The notes below the pieces were generated by a model. That model ran no database searches. It was not told where the DNA came from and saw only the letters and a program-made list of their open reading frames with translations. The translations under genes were made by a program, and so were the position numbers. A stretch of DNA of 64,000 nucleotides from Alphaproteobacteria bacterium (GTDB lineage Bacteria > Pseudomonadota > Alphaproteobacteria > GCA-2746255): positions 1,440,001 to 1,504,000 of the forward strand of contig OZ252220.1 in NCBI GenBank assembly GCA_965249135.1, given 5' to 3'. Of the stretch, positions 1 to 8,604 are shown in pieces; positions within the stretch are counted from its first letter, which is position 1, and each line of letters begins with the position of its first letter.

Positions 1-404
1 CACCAGCGCGGGGAATTGTTTCTCAAGCCTTTGCCTCATCGCCTTGGCCGTCGCCGCAGAGCCACCGAAAAAATAGAGCGGCAGCTTCTTTTTTCCGCCT
101 CGCTCATCAGACGCAGCATGAGATCGGGGCCGGCCACCCGCTTGGCTTCGGCGTGGCCCTGTGCTCGAAGCGCCCAGACCAGCGGCATGCCGGCGCTGGT
201 GACCCAGAGCGCGTCTTTCATGATTGCAAGCAGTCGGCGATCCGTCTTTGCCGTCGTCACCATGTGCACGTTCGCGATGCAGACATAGCCGCCTATCCCC
301 GCCTCGGCGGCGTCGAGGATCGTCGCCGTTGCCGCGGCAAGGCTGCCTACCGTCACCGGCGCGCCGATGACGTGCCCCGTCTTAAGGTTTGCGGCTTGCG
401 TCAT
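1..404 (-). pseudogene. WecB/TagA/CpsF (WecG-like) glycosyltransferase, frameshifted; runs off the window edge
   Basis: ATG at 404 gives ANVHMVTTA..GMPLVW..RVAGPDLM, the family N-terminal motifs. The frame breaks at a T6 run (89-94, A6 on the coding strand) and the shifted frame continues KLPLYFFGGSAATAKAMRQRLEKQFPALV. The usual DG motif reads AG (GCC at 192-194). Confidence 0.8.
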
Positions 405-1060
405 CGCGGTATTTCCGCTCCCAGTTAAACGCCGTCTCGACGATGAAGCGAAGGTTGTCATGTTTCGGTTGCTAGTCGAGGGCCGCATGGATGCGGTCCG
501 CATTTGCGATCAGCCCCGGCGGATCGCCGGCACGCCTTGGGCCTTCCGTGACCGGAAAATCGACGCCGGATACCTGCTTCACCGTCTCGACGACCTCGCG
601 CACGCTTGCCCCGTGGCCATAGCCGCAATTTAAGGTGAGGGAACCGCCGCCTCTCCTCAAGTGATCGAGGGCGGCAAGATGGGCGGACGCCAAGTCCTCG
701 ACGTGAATGTAGTCACGGATGCAGGTGCCATCCGGCGTCGGGTGGTCGGTGCCGAAGATCTCGATCTTCGGGCGCAGGCCGAGGGCCGCTTGCACGGTGA
801 GCGGGATGAGGTGGCTCTCCGGGTCGTGGGCCTCGCCGATCCTGGCATCTAGATCGGCACCGGCGGCGTTGAAGTAGCGGAGGATGACGTAACGAAGGTC
901 CGAGACGTTCGCCATATCCTGAAGCAGGCGTTCGCTGATCATTTTCGACGCACCATAGGGATTGATCGGCTCAAGCGGCGTCACTCCGCCGACCCGGTCG
1001 CCCTTCGGGATGCCATAGACCGCCGCCGTCGAGCGTGACCAGCGACTAGAACCCTTTCAC
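382..1060 (-). pseudogene. galE: UDP-glucose 4-epimerase remnant (internal deletion plus nonsense codon)
   Basis: Contains STAAVYG, NPYGASK (YxxxK), LRYFNAAGA, PTPDGTCIRDYIHVEDLA and RRAGDP. TAG at 472-474 replaces the Trp of the usual LGW motif and GalE-like sequence continues (QPKHDNLRFIVETAFNWE) to TAA at 382-384. Only RVLVAG (1055-1038) is left of the Rossmann N-terminus. Confidence 0.88.
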
Positions 1061-1102
1061 CTCGCCCGTTTCGTCCGCTCGCTCGCTTTCCAAGGGAACC
1101 AA

Positions 1103-1879
1103 CTACCTAGTTTGAAGGATCTGCCGTTCGGCGCCATCCAGGACGAGGCAGGTCAGCACCCCACTTGCGAAGGCGCCCGTGTCGATCCCGATTCGGTTCG
1201 GTTGAAATTCGGGTTCCGGAGAAATCGTATGGCCGTGAACAACGACCTTTCCAAAATCGTCCGCCGAAAAAAGGAACGCATCCCGAATCCAAAGCAGGTC
1301 TTCTTCCGTTTGTTCCTCGAGGGACCGCCCGGGACGCACCCCTGCATGAGCGAAATAATAATCACCCTCTTCATGGTAAGCATGCAGGTCACTGAGGAAA
1401 TCGAGATGGTGGTCGGGAAGCTTGCGTTCGAACTCGGCCTGTACCGTGGAAAGTTTCTCAGGTGTCAGCGGTGAACGGGGAACCGTAACCCCGTAGCTAT
1501 AGAGAGTCGCATCGCCCCCATAGGCTAGCCAGCCGGGGCCGATCTCGATTTCACTCAGAAATTTAAGCAGGGCGTCTTCGTGATTGCCCTTCAGATGCAC
1601 GCTTACGAATCCGGGAAGCGGATTCTTGATCAGGCTATCGATGACCTCACGGGAGTTAAGGCCGCGGTCGACATAATCGCCGATATAGACGATGACATTG
1701 CGCCTTGCCTCCTTCGCCAGGGCGTCCTTGCGGATCTTCGCCTGGAGCTCCAGAAGCAAATCCACCCGGCCATGAATATCGCCGATCGCATAGACGACGG
1801 TGCCGTCCGGGGTGTGGGCCTTCGCGTCCGCTTCGCCCGGTCGCCGCAAAAGGCTGGAAAGGCTTCGCATGCCAAACAT
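1103..1879 (-). CDS. Calcineurin-like metallophosphoesterase (PrpA/PrpB/ApaH-type Ser/Thr protein phosphatase family)
   Basis: GDIHG, GDYVDRG, GNHE, HAG, VHGHT and IDTGA motifs; start taken at ATG 1879 (or 1870). Confidence 0.9.
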   Translation of the reverse strand: MFGMRSLSSLLRRPGEADAKAHTPDGTVVYAIGDIHGRVDLLLELQAKIRKDALAKEARRNVIVYIGDYVDRGLNSREVIDSLIKNPLPGFVSVHLKGNHEDALLKFLSEIEIGPGWLAYGGDATLYSYGVTVPRSPLTPEKLSTVQAEFERKLPDHHLDFLSDLHAYHEEGDYYFAHAGVRPGRSLEEQTEEDLLWIRDAFLFSADDFGKVVVHGHTISPEPEFQPNRIGIDTGAFASGVLTCLVLDGAERQILQTR

Positions 1880-1982
1880 ATGGCCCTTCGGGCGCGATAC
1901 CTCCAGCGGAAAAATGGTCGCGACCGGGCCTTCCCACCCTCTTGATCGCACCGAAATCTGCCGTATCCTTAGGCCCGTGCAA

Positions 1983-3419
1983 ATGGATACACCGCAGCGT
2001 TCCCGAAGGACTTCGACCGACCTGCAGACGTTTCTGATGGGCTTTTTGCGCATCGGCGACGTGGCCGCCGTCATCATCTCCGGAATCCTCGCCTACCGGG
2101 CCCGAGAACTGAATTTCGACCTCCCGGGCGGCTACCAGATCGCGATCGCGCTTGGCGTGTTGCTCACGCTGAACTATTTCCACTTCGCCCGCCTCTATCG
2201 CTTCGCCAATCTCGCAGCTCCCGTCCAACAGTTCGGCCGTCTGGCCGTTACCTGGATCGTCGTGATCGTGACACTGATCCTCGTCGCTTACTTCACGAAA
2301 ACATCGGAAGATTACTCACGCATTTGGGTGGCGCTTTGGTTCTCCTTTAGTTTCGTCGGCTTCCTTTGCTTGCGTTTCTTAGCCATTTTCCTGATTCGCC
2401 GTTGGCGGAAGACCGGCGCGCTTACTCTGAACATTGCCATCGTCGGAGCCAACAAACTTGGCTTGTCGCTTGTCAACCACCTGACCGAGGACAAGCAGTC
2501 CGGCATGCGACTGGCCGGCTTCTTCGACGACCGGATGACGGGAACGGAAAAGCTGGGCGCCTATCCGGTCCTTGGCACGGTCGAGGACCTGCCGAATTAC
2601 AGCCGCGATCACAAGGTGGATGAAGTCATCGTCACCATTCCGTGGTCGGAGAGCGAAAGGCTGCTGGAGGTCTTGAAAAAACTACGCACGCTATCGAACA
2701 ATATCTATTTGTGCCCGGAAATCATTGACGCTCCGATCCCTATTCACAAACTCGACCAGATCGCCGGATGGCCGATGCTGGCCGTCCAGGAGCGGCCATT
2801 GAGCGGCTGGGATCTGCTTACGAAAACGGGTGAGGACTATGTTCTCGGGAGTCTATTGCTTCTCCTTACCGCGCCGTTGATGGCCGTCATCGCCATCGCC
2901 ATCAAGCTGAGCAGTCCGGGCCCGATTTTCTTCCGTCAGCAGCGCTACGGCTTTAACAATAACCCGATCAGCATCTACAAGTTCCGGACGATGTACCACA
3001 CGAAGGAAAGCAAGGTGGCGGCCCGCGCCGAAGGCGAGGTGCCGCAAGCCACGCGAGACGATCCCAGGGTGACGCGAGTCGGAAACTTCCTACGCCGGAC
3101 GAGCCTGGATGAGTTACCCCAACTCATCAATGTGTTGCGGCGGCAGATGTCCCTGGTCGGCCCACGGCCCCATGCCGTCGTCCACAACGAACAATACGCC
3201 ACGATCATCGACGACTATTTCGGTCGTCATCGCATGAAGCCAAGCATCACGGGTTGGGCCCAGGTGAACGGGTTCCGGGGGGAAACGGACACCACTGAGA
3301 AGATGCAAAGGCGGGTTCAGTACGATCTCTACTACGTCGACAACTGGTCGCTTTTCTTCGACCTTAAAATCCTATTTCTCACGTTCTTCGTGCCCTTCAT
3401 GCAGGAAAACGCCTATTGA
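1983..3419 (+). CDS. wcaJ: Undecaprenyl-phosphate glucose phosphotransferase (WcaJ/GumD/VpsL family)
   Basis: N-terminal TM helices, Rossmann-like GFFDDR domain, then SPGPIFFRQ, YKFRTM, DDPRVT, SLDELPQL, SLVGPRP and DLYY; start at ATG 1983 is an estimate. Confidence 0.9.
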   Translation: MDTPQRSRRTSTDLQTFLMGFLRIGDVAAVIISGILAYRARELNFDLPGGYQIAIALGVLLTLNYFHFARLYRFANLAAPVQQFGRLAVTWIVVIVTLILVAYFTKTSEDYSRIWVALWFSFSFVGFLCLRFLAIFLIRRWRKTGALTLNIAIVGANKLGLSLVNHLTEDKQSGMRLAGFFDDRMTGTEKLGAYPVLGTVEDLPNYSRDHKVDEVIVTIPWSESERLLEVLKKLRTLSNNIYLCPEIIDAPIPIHKLDQIAGWPMLAVQERPLSGWDLLTKTGEDYVLGSLLLLLTAPLMAVIAIAIKLSSPGPIFFRQQRYGFNNNPISIYKFRTMYHTKESKVAARAEGEVPQATRDDPRVTRVGNFLRRTSLDELPQLINVLRRQMSLVGPRPHAVVHNEQYATIIDDYFGRHRMKPSITGWAQVNGFRGETDTTEKMQRRVQYDLYYVDNWSLFFDLKILFLTFFVPFMQENAY

Positions 3420-4819
3420 ACGCGCGGCCCTTCCTTTTCTGGTCACTGATGGCGATCGTGGCGCTTGCGCCCTTGCCCTTTGGCAGCAACCGCCCCTGGT
3501 CGTGGTCGCTGTTAAGTTTACTTGTGGGGCTGCTCGTCGTCTTTTGGGTGATTGCCGCCTATCGCGACCGCACGGTCATTCAGATCGAATGGCAGCGTTC
3601 CCGCTTGATCGTGGTGCCATTTTCCATCCTCGTGCTGTGGTTCTTCGTTCAGGCGAGCGGCCTGACACCGGAAGGCTGGCACCATCCGCTTTGGAGGGAG
3701 GCCTCCGGCGCACTCGGCGTGCCGCTTACGGGCACGATCAGCCTCAATCCGGAAGCAAGCAAGACAGCGCTTATGCGCTTGCTCGCCTATGGCGGCATCT
3801 TCTGGCTCGCCTTCCAATTGGGGCAGAACGAGGGACGTGCCAGACAGGTCTTCTGGGTCGTCGCGATCACCGGCCTGGTTTATGTGATCTATGGCCTCGT
3901 CGCGCATTTGAGCGGCAGTCAGCAAATTCTCTGGTATGCGAAATGGGCGTATGAGGACGTGCTCACCAGCACCTTCGTCAGTCGCAACAATTTCGCCACC
4001 TATGCCGGGATCACGCTGATCGCCACCCTTGCGCTTCTGCTTTCCGAGATTTATCGGGTTTTGCGCTATAGCCCGATCGCCGCCAGCCATTTCCTCGGCT
4101 TTCTCGATGCGTGTGGTTTCCGTTTCTATTTTCTCATTGTCTCGTCCGGAACGATTTTTACCGCCCTTTTGCTCAGCCATTCACGCGGTGGGTTCCTGAG
4201 CACGCTGGTTGGCGTTGGCGCGTTCGCCATCGTTTCCGGCATGCGGCTGCGCAAACGCGAGCGAATCATCGGCTTCCTGCCGATGACCATCGGCGGAGTC
4301 CTGGCGATGGGTATCGTCGCCGCCATTCTGCTGGTGAGCGGTAAACAGACCTTCAGTCGGATCGACGAGACCTTGAGCACCGGTAGCGACCGCCTGGCGA
4401 TCTACGAACGAACCGGCGAGGCGATCGGGGATTTTCCCGTGTTTGGCACTGGCATCGGCACCTTCAAGGAAAGCTTTCGCCTTTACCGGGACGAGAATTT
4501 CCGCTTCGTCGTCGAAACGATCGATCGCGCCCACAACACCTATCTGGAACTCGCCCTCGGGGGAGGTTTGCCGTCCCTGTTCTTGATGGTGCTGTTGGTT
4601 TCCTATCTGACGTTGCTCTGCTTTCTGGGCGCGTTGCGGCGGACGCAAGGTGCGATCTATCCGGCGGCCGGTGTGGCGGTGAGCGTGCTCGTGGCGACCC
4701 ATGCAGTGGTGGATTTCAGCCTTCAGATCCCAGCCGTCGCCGCGACCTACCTTCTGCTGTTCGGTGTCGCCTGCGCCCAGTCCTGGTCGCGGCGGACACA
4801 TCCCGTTCAGCGCGTCTAA
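3416..4819 (+). CDS. O-antigen ligase / Wzy_C family polytopic membrane protein
   Basis: About 12 hydrophobic segments with TFVSRNNFATY, SHSRGG, FGTGIGTF, AHNTYLE and HAVVDFSLQIPA; TTG start overlaps the wcaJ stop. Confidence 0.85.
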   Translation: MNARPFLFWSLMAIVALAPLPFGSNRPWSWSLLSLLVGLLVVFWVIAAYRDRTVIQIEWQRSRLIVVPFSILVLWFFVQASGLTPEGWHHPLWREASGALGVPLTGTISLNPEASKTALMRLLAYGGIFWLAFQLGQNEGRARQVFWVVAITGLVYVIYGLVAHLSGSQQILWYAKWAYEDVLTSTFVSRNNFATYAGITLIATLALLLSEIYRVLRYSPIAASHFLGFLDACGFRFYFLIVSSGTIFTALLLSHSRGGFLSTLVGVGAFAIVSGMRLRKRERIIGFLPMTIGGVLAMGIVAAILLVSGKQTFSRIDETLSTGSDRLAIYERTGEAIGDFPVFGTGIGTFKESFRLYRDENFRFVVETIDRAHNTYLELALGGGLPSLFLMVLLVSYLTLLCFLGALRRTQGAIYPAAGVAVSVLVATHAVVDFSLQIPAVAATYLLLFGVACAQSWSRRTHPVQRV

Positions 4820-5502
4820 AGGCTTCGGTAGATCCGATTGAACCGTTGGCGAAGCGCCGGCTCGTCGGCCAGGGCCTCATAGACAAGCTTTAGCGTGTAG
4901 TGCCTTTTCGCCAACAGAGCAAGGCGGGTCGGGGAATGGCGCGCCGCAATGACGGCTTGCGATTGAAGCTGCCTCTTCGCCTCTGCATCCAGGAACACCC
5001 AGAAGGAAAGGCCGATGGCAAGGCGGCGCATGACGAGGCGGCGTTCCATTGGCGACGTTTGCACCGCCATGGTGAAGGGCGGACTTAAATCTTTCGAGGG
5101 CCCGTCTAGCGCCAAGCGCGCCTGGAGGAGCCGCACCCAGGCATAGGGCTGCGCCGGCGAAAGCGCCAAGCTCCGGCGGGCGGCGGCAATGCTCGCCTGC
5201 AAAAACTTCCTTCCCTTAGGCGACGCGTAGCCCGCCTTTTTCGCCTGCAGAAGATGAAGGCTTCCGATTTCCGAATGGGCCTTCGGGTCGGCGGTCCAGC
5301 CGGACGCCGTCTTTCGCGCCGCAAGGGCGTTTCGAGCTGCCGGCTCGGAAACCGTCTCCCCCTTGCCGATCGCGTCAAACGTGGCTTGAGAGGGAAGGGG
5401 GGCCAGAGAAGAAACCAGTCGGGGAACGGAAAACCAGAGAATGAATACGGCAAGGATGAACGGAAAAGCCAGCAGGACGAGGGTGTTGGAGTTTCGCCAC
5501 AC
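4816..5502 (-). CDS. Membrane-anchored TPR-like EPS accessory protein (VpsP-like)
   Basis: N-terminal TM anchor and helical repeats (LALSPAQPYAWVRL..AVQTSPME); lies directly after wzc, as vpsP does after vpsO. Confidence 0.6.
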   Translation of the reverse strand: MWRNSNTLVLLAFPFILAVFILWFSVPRLVSSLAPLPSQATFDAIGKGETVSEPAARNALAARKTASGWTADPKAHSEIGSLHLLQAKKAGYASPKGRKFLQASIAAARRSLALSPAQPYAWVRLLQARLALDGPSKDLSPPFTMAVQTSPMERRLVMRRLAIGLSFWVFLDAEAKRQLQSQAVIAARHSPTRLALLAKRHYTLKLVYEALADEPALRQRFNRIYRSL

Positions 5503-5517
5503 GAGAGAGCCGCCTTC

Positions 5518-7764
5518 TTACGCCTCCTTGTAATAGCGGTCGTAGCTTTCGTAGTAGTAATTCGACCGTCCGAACTCATACTGCGCGCTCTTGCGCATAT
5601 CGACAAGGCTTAGGATGAGGCCGCCCAAATCGGCTCCGGTTTCGATCAACTGCTTTAGGCCTGCCTTGACGGTGTTGCGGTCCGTCTTCGCCCAGCGAAC
5701 CATGAAAAGCGTCTTGTCGACGCTACGGACCAGAACCAACGCGTCGGAGACGGCAAGAAGGGGCGGTGCGTCCAGAATGACGAAGTCGAAGAGCTCGCCG
5801 AGCCGCCGGAGGAGGGTGCGCATCTCCTGGGAGCCGAGCAAGTCTGCCGGGTGCGGCACGGCCGGACCGGCAGGAATGACCCGCAAGCCCGATCGCACAT
5901 CCACTTCCATGATATTGCTCAAGCCCGCCTGGCCGGTGAGATGGGTGCTTAAGCCCAGCCCGCTCTTCATGTCAAGAAGGCCAGCGATGCTAGGGTGACG
6001 GAGGTCACAATCGATAAGAACGCATTTCTGTCCAGACCGGGCCGCCGACACGGCAAGCGCGATGGCCGCCGAGGTCTTCCCCTCGCCCGGCACGGACGAG
6101 GTCACCATGATGGTCCTCGGCATACCATGGACGCTGGACAGCGCGAGCGAGGTTCGTATCCGGCGGATTTCTTCGCCAAATACGCTGTTCGGTCGCTCGA
6201 GCGCCACCTTGTGGGGGGCCTTCCCATCGCGAAGGTGCGGAAAAATTCCCAACACCGGTTGGCCCAATGCGTTTTCCAATTGCTCGGTCGTCCGGAAGCC
6301 AGAATCGAGATATTCGAGAACGAAGGCAAGGGCGATGCCCCCGATCATCGAGGCAAAAAGAGCTGCGATCACCATGAGGCGCTTTTTCGGGTAGTAGGGA
6401 GAACCGGGTTCGACGGCACGGGAAATGACGCGGGCATTCGCCTGAATCAACTCTTCGTCTTGAACTTTCGTTTCCTGGAATCGGTTTAGAATGGTTTCAT
6501 AGAGTTGCTTGTTTGCCTGCACCTCGCTTTCCAGTGCGTTCAGGGTCACCTCCGCGTCGGCCTGCTCTCCGATCTTTTCCTGAAGCAAGGTTATTTCCGC
6601 CGCCAGATTTCTTTCCCGCACGTGGGCGATTTCGAGTTCGTTGCCGAGATTGAGGGCAATTTTATTAACCTCCGTCGCAATGTTCGCCCGCAAGTCCTTC
6701 AACTCATCTATAGCAAGCGCCATCCGGGGATGGCCCTCCCGGAGCTGGGTCCTGTTTTCGGCGATCTTGCGGAGAAGCTGCGACTCCTGTTCCCGAAGTC
6801 GCTGAATGAGCGGCGAATTTATCACGGCCGCCGCCGATTCGATGTTGCCCGAAGCGGCCAGCAACTTTTTCATCTGATTGTTTTGGGCTTCCGCCTCGGC
6901 CCGCTTCGTCCGGGCGACGATCAACTCGGAGCTCAAATCGGCAAGCTGGCTCTGGTAGACATTCGTACCACCCGTCTCGACGATGCCGGAGGCGCGACGG
7001 AACTCATCGAGGCGACCTTCCGAAGCGATCACCCGACGGCGCAACTGGTCGGTGCGTTCGTTGAGCCAGTCCGTGGCGCGCACGGTGGCCGCACCGCGTG
7101 TTTCCAGTTGATCCAGGATATAGATTTCGGCCGCCGTGTTCGCGAGCCGGGCCGCCGTCTGAGGGTCCGTGGACGAATAGCGCACGGCAATGATGCGCGA
7201 GGTGAACGACGGCGAAACCTCGAGACCGGCGAGGTAGGAGTCCGTCGTGATTTCGAGCGTGAGTGCGCGTTTTTCCTTGGCTGAGAAATCGGCCCATGGA
7301 TCTTCTGCTTCCGTTTCAGTCAGCCAGTTCCGAATCGAACCGACCAGCCCCGGTTTGGCGGGCAGAAGGTACGGGTTGAACAGCGGGTCGTTTACAAGCT
7401 CGAGCCTTTGGACGGCCTTGACGGCAAGCTCCCGCGATCCGATGACGGCGGCTTCCGTCTCGTTCGTGTAGTAGTCCGTGCGCAGACCCTGGGTCACCGC
7501 ATCAATGTTCAGCACGTTCTGCTGATTCTCTTCCAGAACCAGCAGCGCCTCGGCCTCATAGAGAGGAGTGATCTGGGTGACGAAAAGGGCGGTGAAGCTC
7601 GTGACCAGGAACATGATCCCGGCGATCAGGTATTTGCGCCGGCGAAGCACGCCCAAGAGATAAGCGAGGTCGAGCTGCTCCTCCTCGGCGGCGAACGCGT
7701 CCACGCCCGACAGTCGGGGGTCGTCCGGACCTGGGAATTGACGGATGGTCGCCATCCGATTCAC
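5518..7764 (-). CDS. wzc: Wzc/GumC/ExoP polysaccharide co-polymerase with BY-kinase domain
   Basis: Two TMs flanking a coiled-coil periplasmic domain; Walker A SSVPGEGKT, A' LIDCDLR, B ILDAPP; C-terminal Tyr cluster NYYYESYDRYY. Confidence 0.93.
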   Translation of the reverse strand: MNRMATIRQFPGPDDPRLSGVDAFAAEEEQLDLAYLLGVLRRRKYLIAGIMFLVTSFTALFVTQITPLYEAEALLVLEENQQNVLNIDAVTQGLRTDYYTNETEAAVIGSRELAVKAVQRLELVNDPLFNPYLLPAKPGLVGSIRNWLTETEAEDPWADFSAKEKRALTLEITTDSYLAGLEVSPSFTSRIIAVRYSSTDPQTAARLANTAAEIYILDQLETRGAATVRATDWLNERTDQLRRRVIASEGRLDEFRRASGIVETGGTNVYQSQLADLSSELIVARTKRAEAEAQNNQMKKLLAASGNIESAAAVINSPLIQRLREQESQLLRKIAENRTQLREGHPRMALAIDELKDLRANIATEVNKIALNLGNELEIAHVRERNLAAEITLLQEKIGEQADAEVTLNALESEVQANKQLYETILNRFQETKVQDEELIQANARVISRAVEPGSPYYPKKRLMVIAALFASMIGGIALAFVLEYLDSGFRTTEQLENALGQPVLGIFPHLRDGKAPHKVALERPNSVFGEEIRRIRTSLALSSVHGMPRTIMVTSSVPGEGKTSAAIALAVSAARSGQKCVLIDCDLRHPSIAGLLDMKSGLGLSTHLTGQAGLSNIMEVDVRSGLRVIPAGPAVPHPADLLGSQEMRTLLRRLGELFDFVILDAPPLLAVSDALVLVRSVDKTLFMVRWAKTDRNTVKAGLKQLIETGADLGGLILSLVDMRKSAQYEFGRSNYYYESYDRYYKEA

Positions 7765-7891
7765 GCCCTCTCCTCTGGCCGCCTCCCGGAATGGGAGGCC
7801 GTCTTCCTCTGCCCGGTACCCTGCAGTTCGCCATATAGTTGGGAATTTGCAGGCATTTTTCTATATTTTTAAGCATCTTAGGTCAATCTTT

Positions 7892-7923
7892 TCTAAAGGC
7901 GTCTCTAAAGGCGTCTAAAGACG
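7892..7923. repeat. Tandem 12-bp repeat TCTAAAGGCGTC x2 plus a partial third copy upstream of wzc
   Basis: Exact copies at 7892-7903 and 7904-7915; TCTAAAGACG at 7914-7923. Confidence 0.85.
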
Positions 7924-8044
7924 GCCCGAAACGAAGGCCGGGTTCGGCCGGTAAAAATTAACCGAATTCAACGTAACCAATTCAAATTTATTGTTTTTTA
8001 TTGCGGCGGCGCCTTGGGGTCCGGCCCACCCTGAATTCAGGGAT

Positions 8045-8596
8045 CTAGAAGAGGCGGCGCTCGACCTCGATCGTATCCCCCGGCAGGACCGGGACGTCGA
8101 GCGTCGCGCGGTAGCGGATCTTCCCCTCCGACGTGCGGCGGATCAAGAGGACGGCGTCCGTGTGCGCCCGCCGGGTGAAGCCGCCGCCGATGGCGACGAC
8201 CTGGCGAATATCGATGCCGCTCTGATAGGGGTAGCTCCCCGGCTTGGTGACCTGGCCCAGGATGAAGAAGGGACGGAAGTTCCGGACCTCGATGCTGACC
8301 CTGGGATCGACGATGAATTCCCTGTCGAGACGCGCTTCGAGTTGTTCCTGAAGGTCGCGGACGGTGCGGTCGGCCGCCTTGATCTGCCCCATGAGCGGCA
8401 TCGAGATGAAACCGGAGCTGTCGATCTCGAACTCGCCGGAAAGGTCCGTATGGCCAAACACCGTGACGTTCAGCTTGTCCCCCGGGCCCAGGTAATAGTC
8501 CGTTGTCTCGACCTGGGCATGGGCCGAGCCGATGGCGAGGCTTGCGACAAACAGGAACGCCAGAACGAGAAAAGCCAGGCTACCTGCACGCCCCAC
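8045..8596 (-). CDS. wza: Short OPX polysaccharide export protein (Poly_export + SLBB; VpsN/EpsY-like)
   Basis: YYLGPGDKLNVTVFG, SMPLMGQI, GQVTKPGSY, GGFTRRA and VLPGDTIEV; GTG at 8596 with AGGAG 5 nt upstream; about 183 aa with no C-terminal OM helix. Confidence 0.88.
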   Translation of the reverse strand: MGRAGSLAFLVLAFLFVASLAIGSAHAQVETTDYYLGPGDKLNVTVFGHTDLSGEFEIDSSGFISMPLMGQIKAADRTVRDLQEQLEARLDREFIVDPRVSIEVRNFRPFFILGQVTKPGSYPYQSGIDIRQVVAIGGGFTRRAHTDAVLLIRRTSEGKIRYRATLDVPVLPGDTIEVERRLF

Positions 8597-8604
8597 GCCA
8601 GCTC

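Noticed and set aside
472-474. Stop-codon recoding (pyrrolysine or alternative code) at galE TAG or ABC TAA
   Set aside because: TAG and TAA terminate many intact genes in the window, and both genes carry other lesions.
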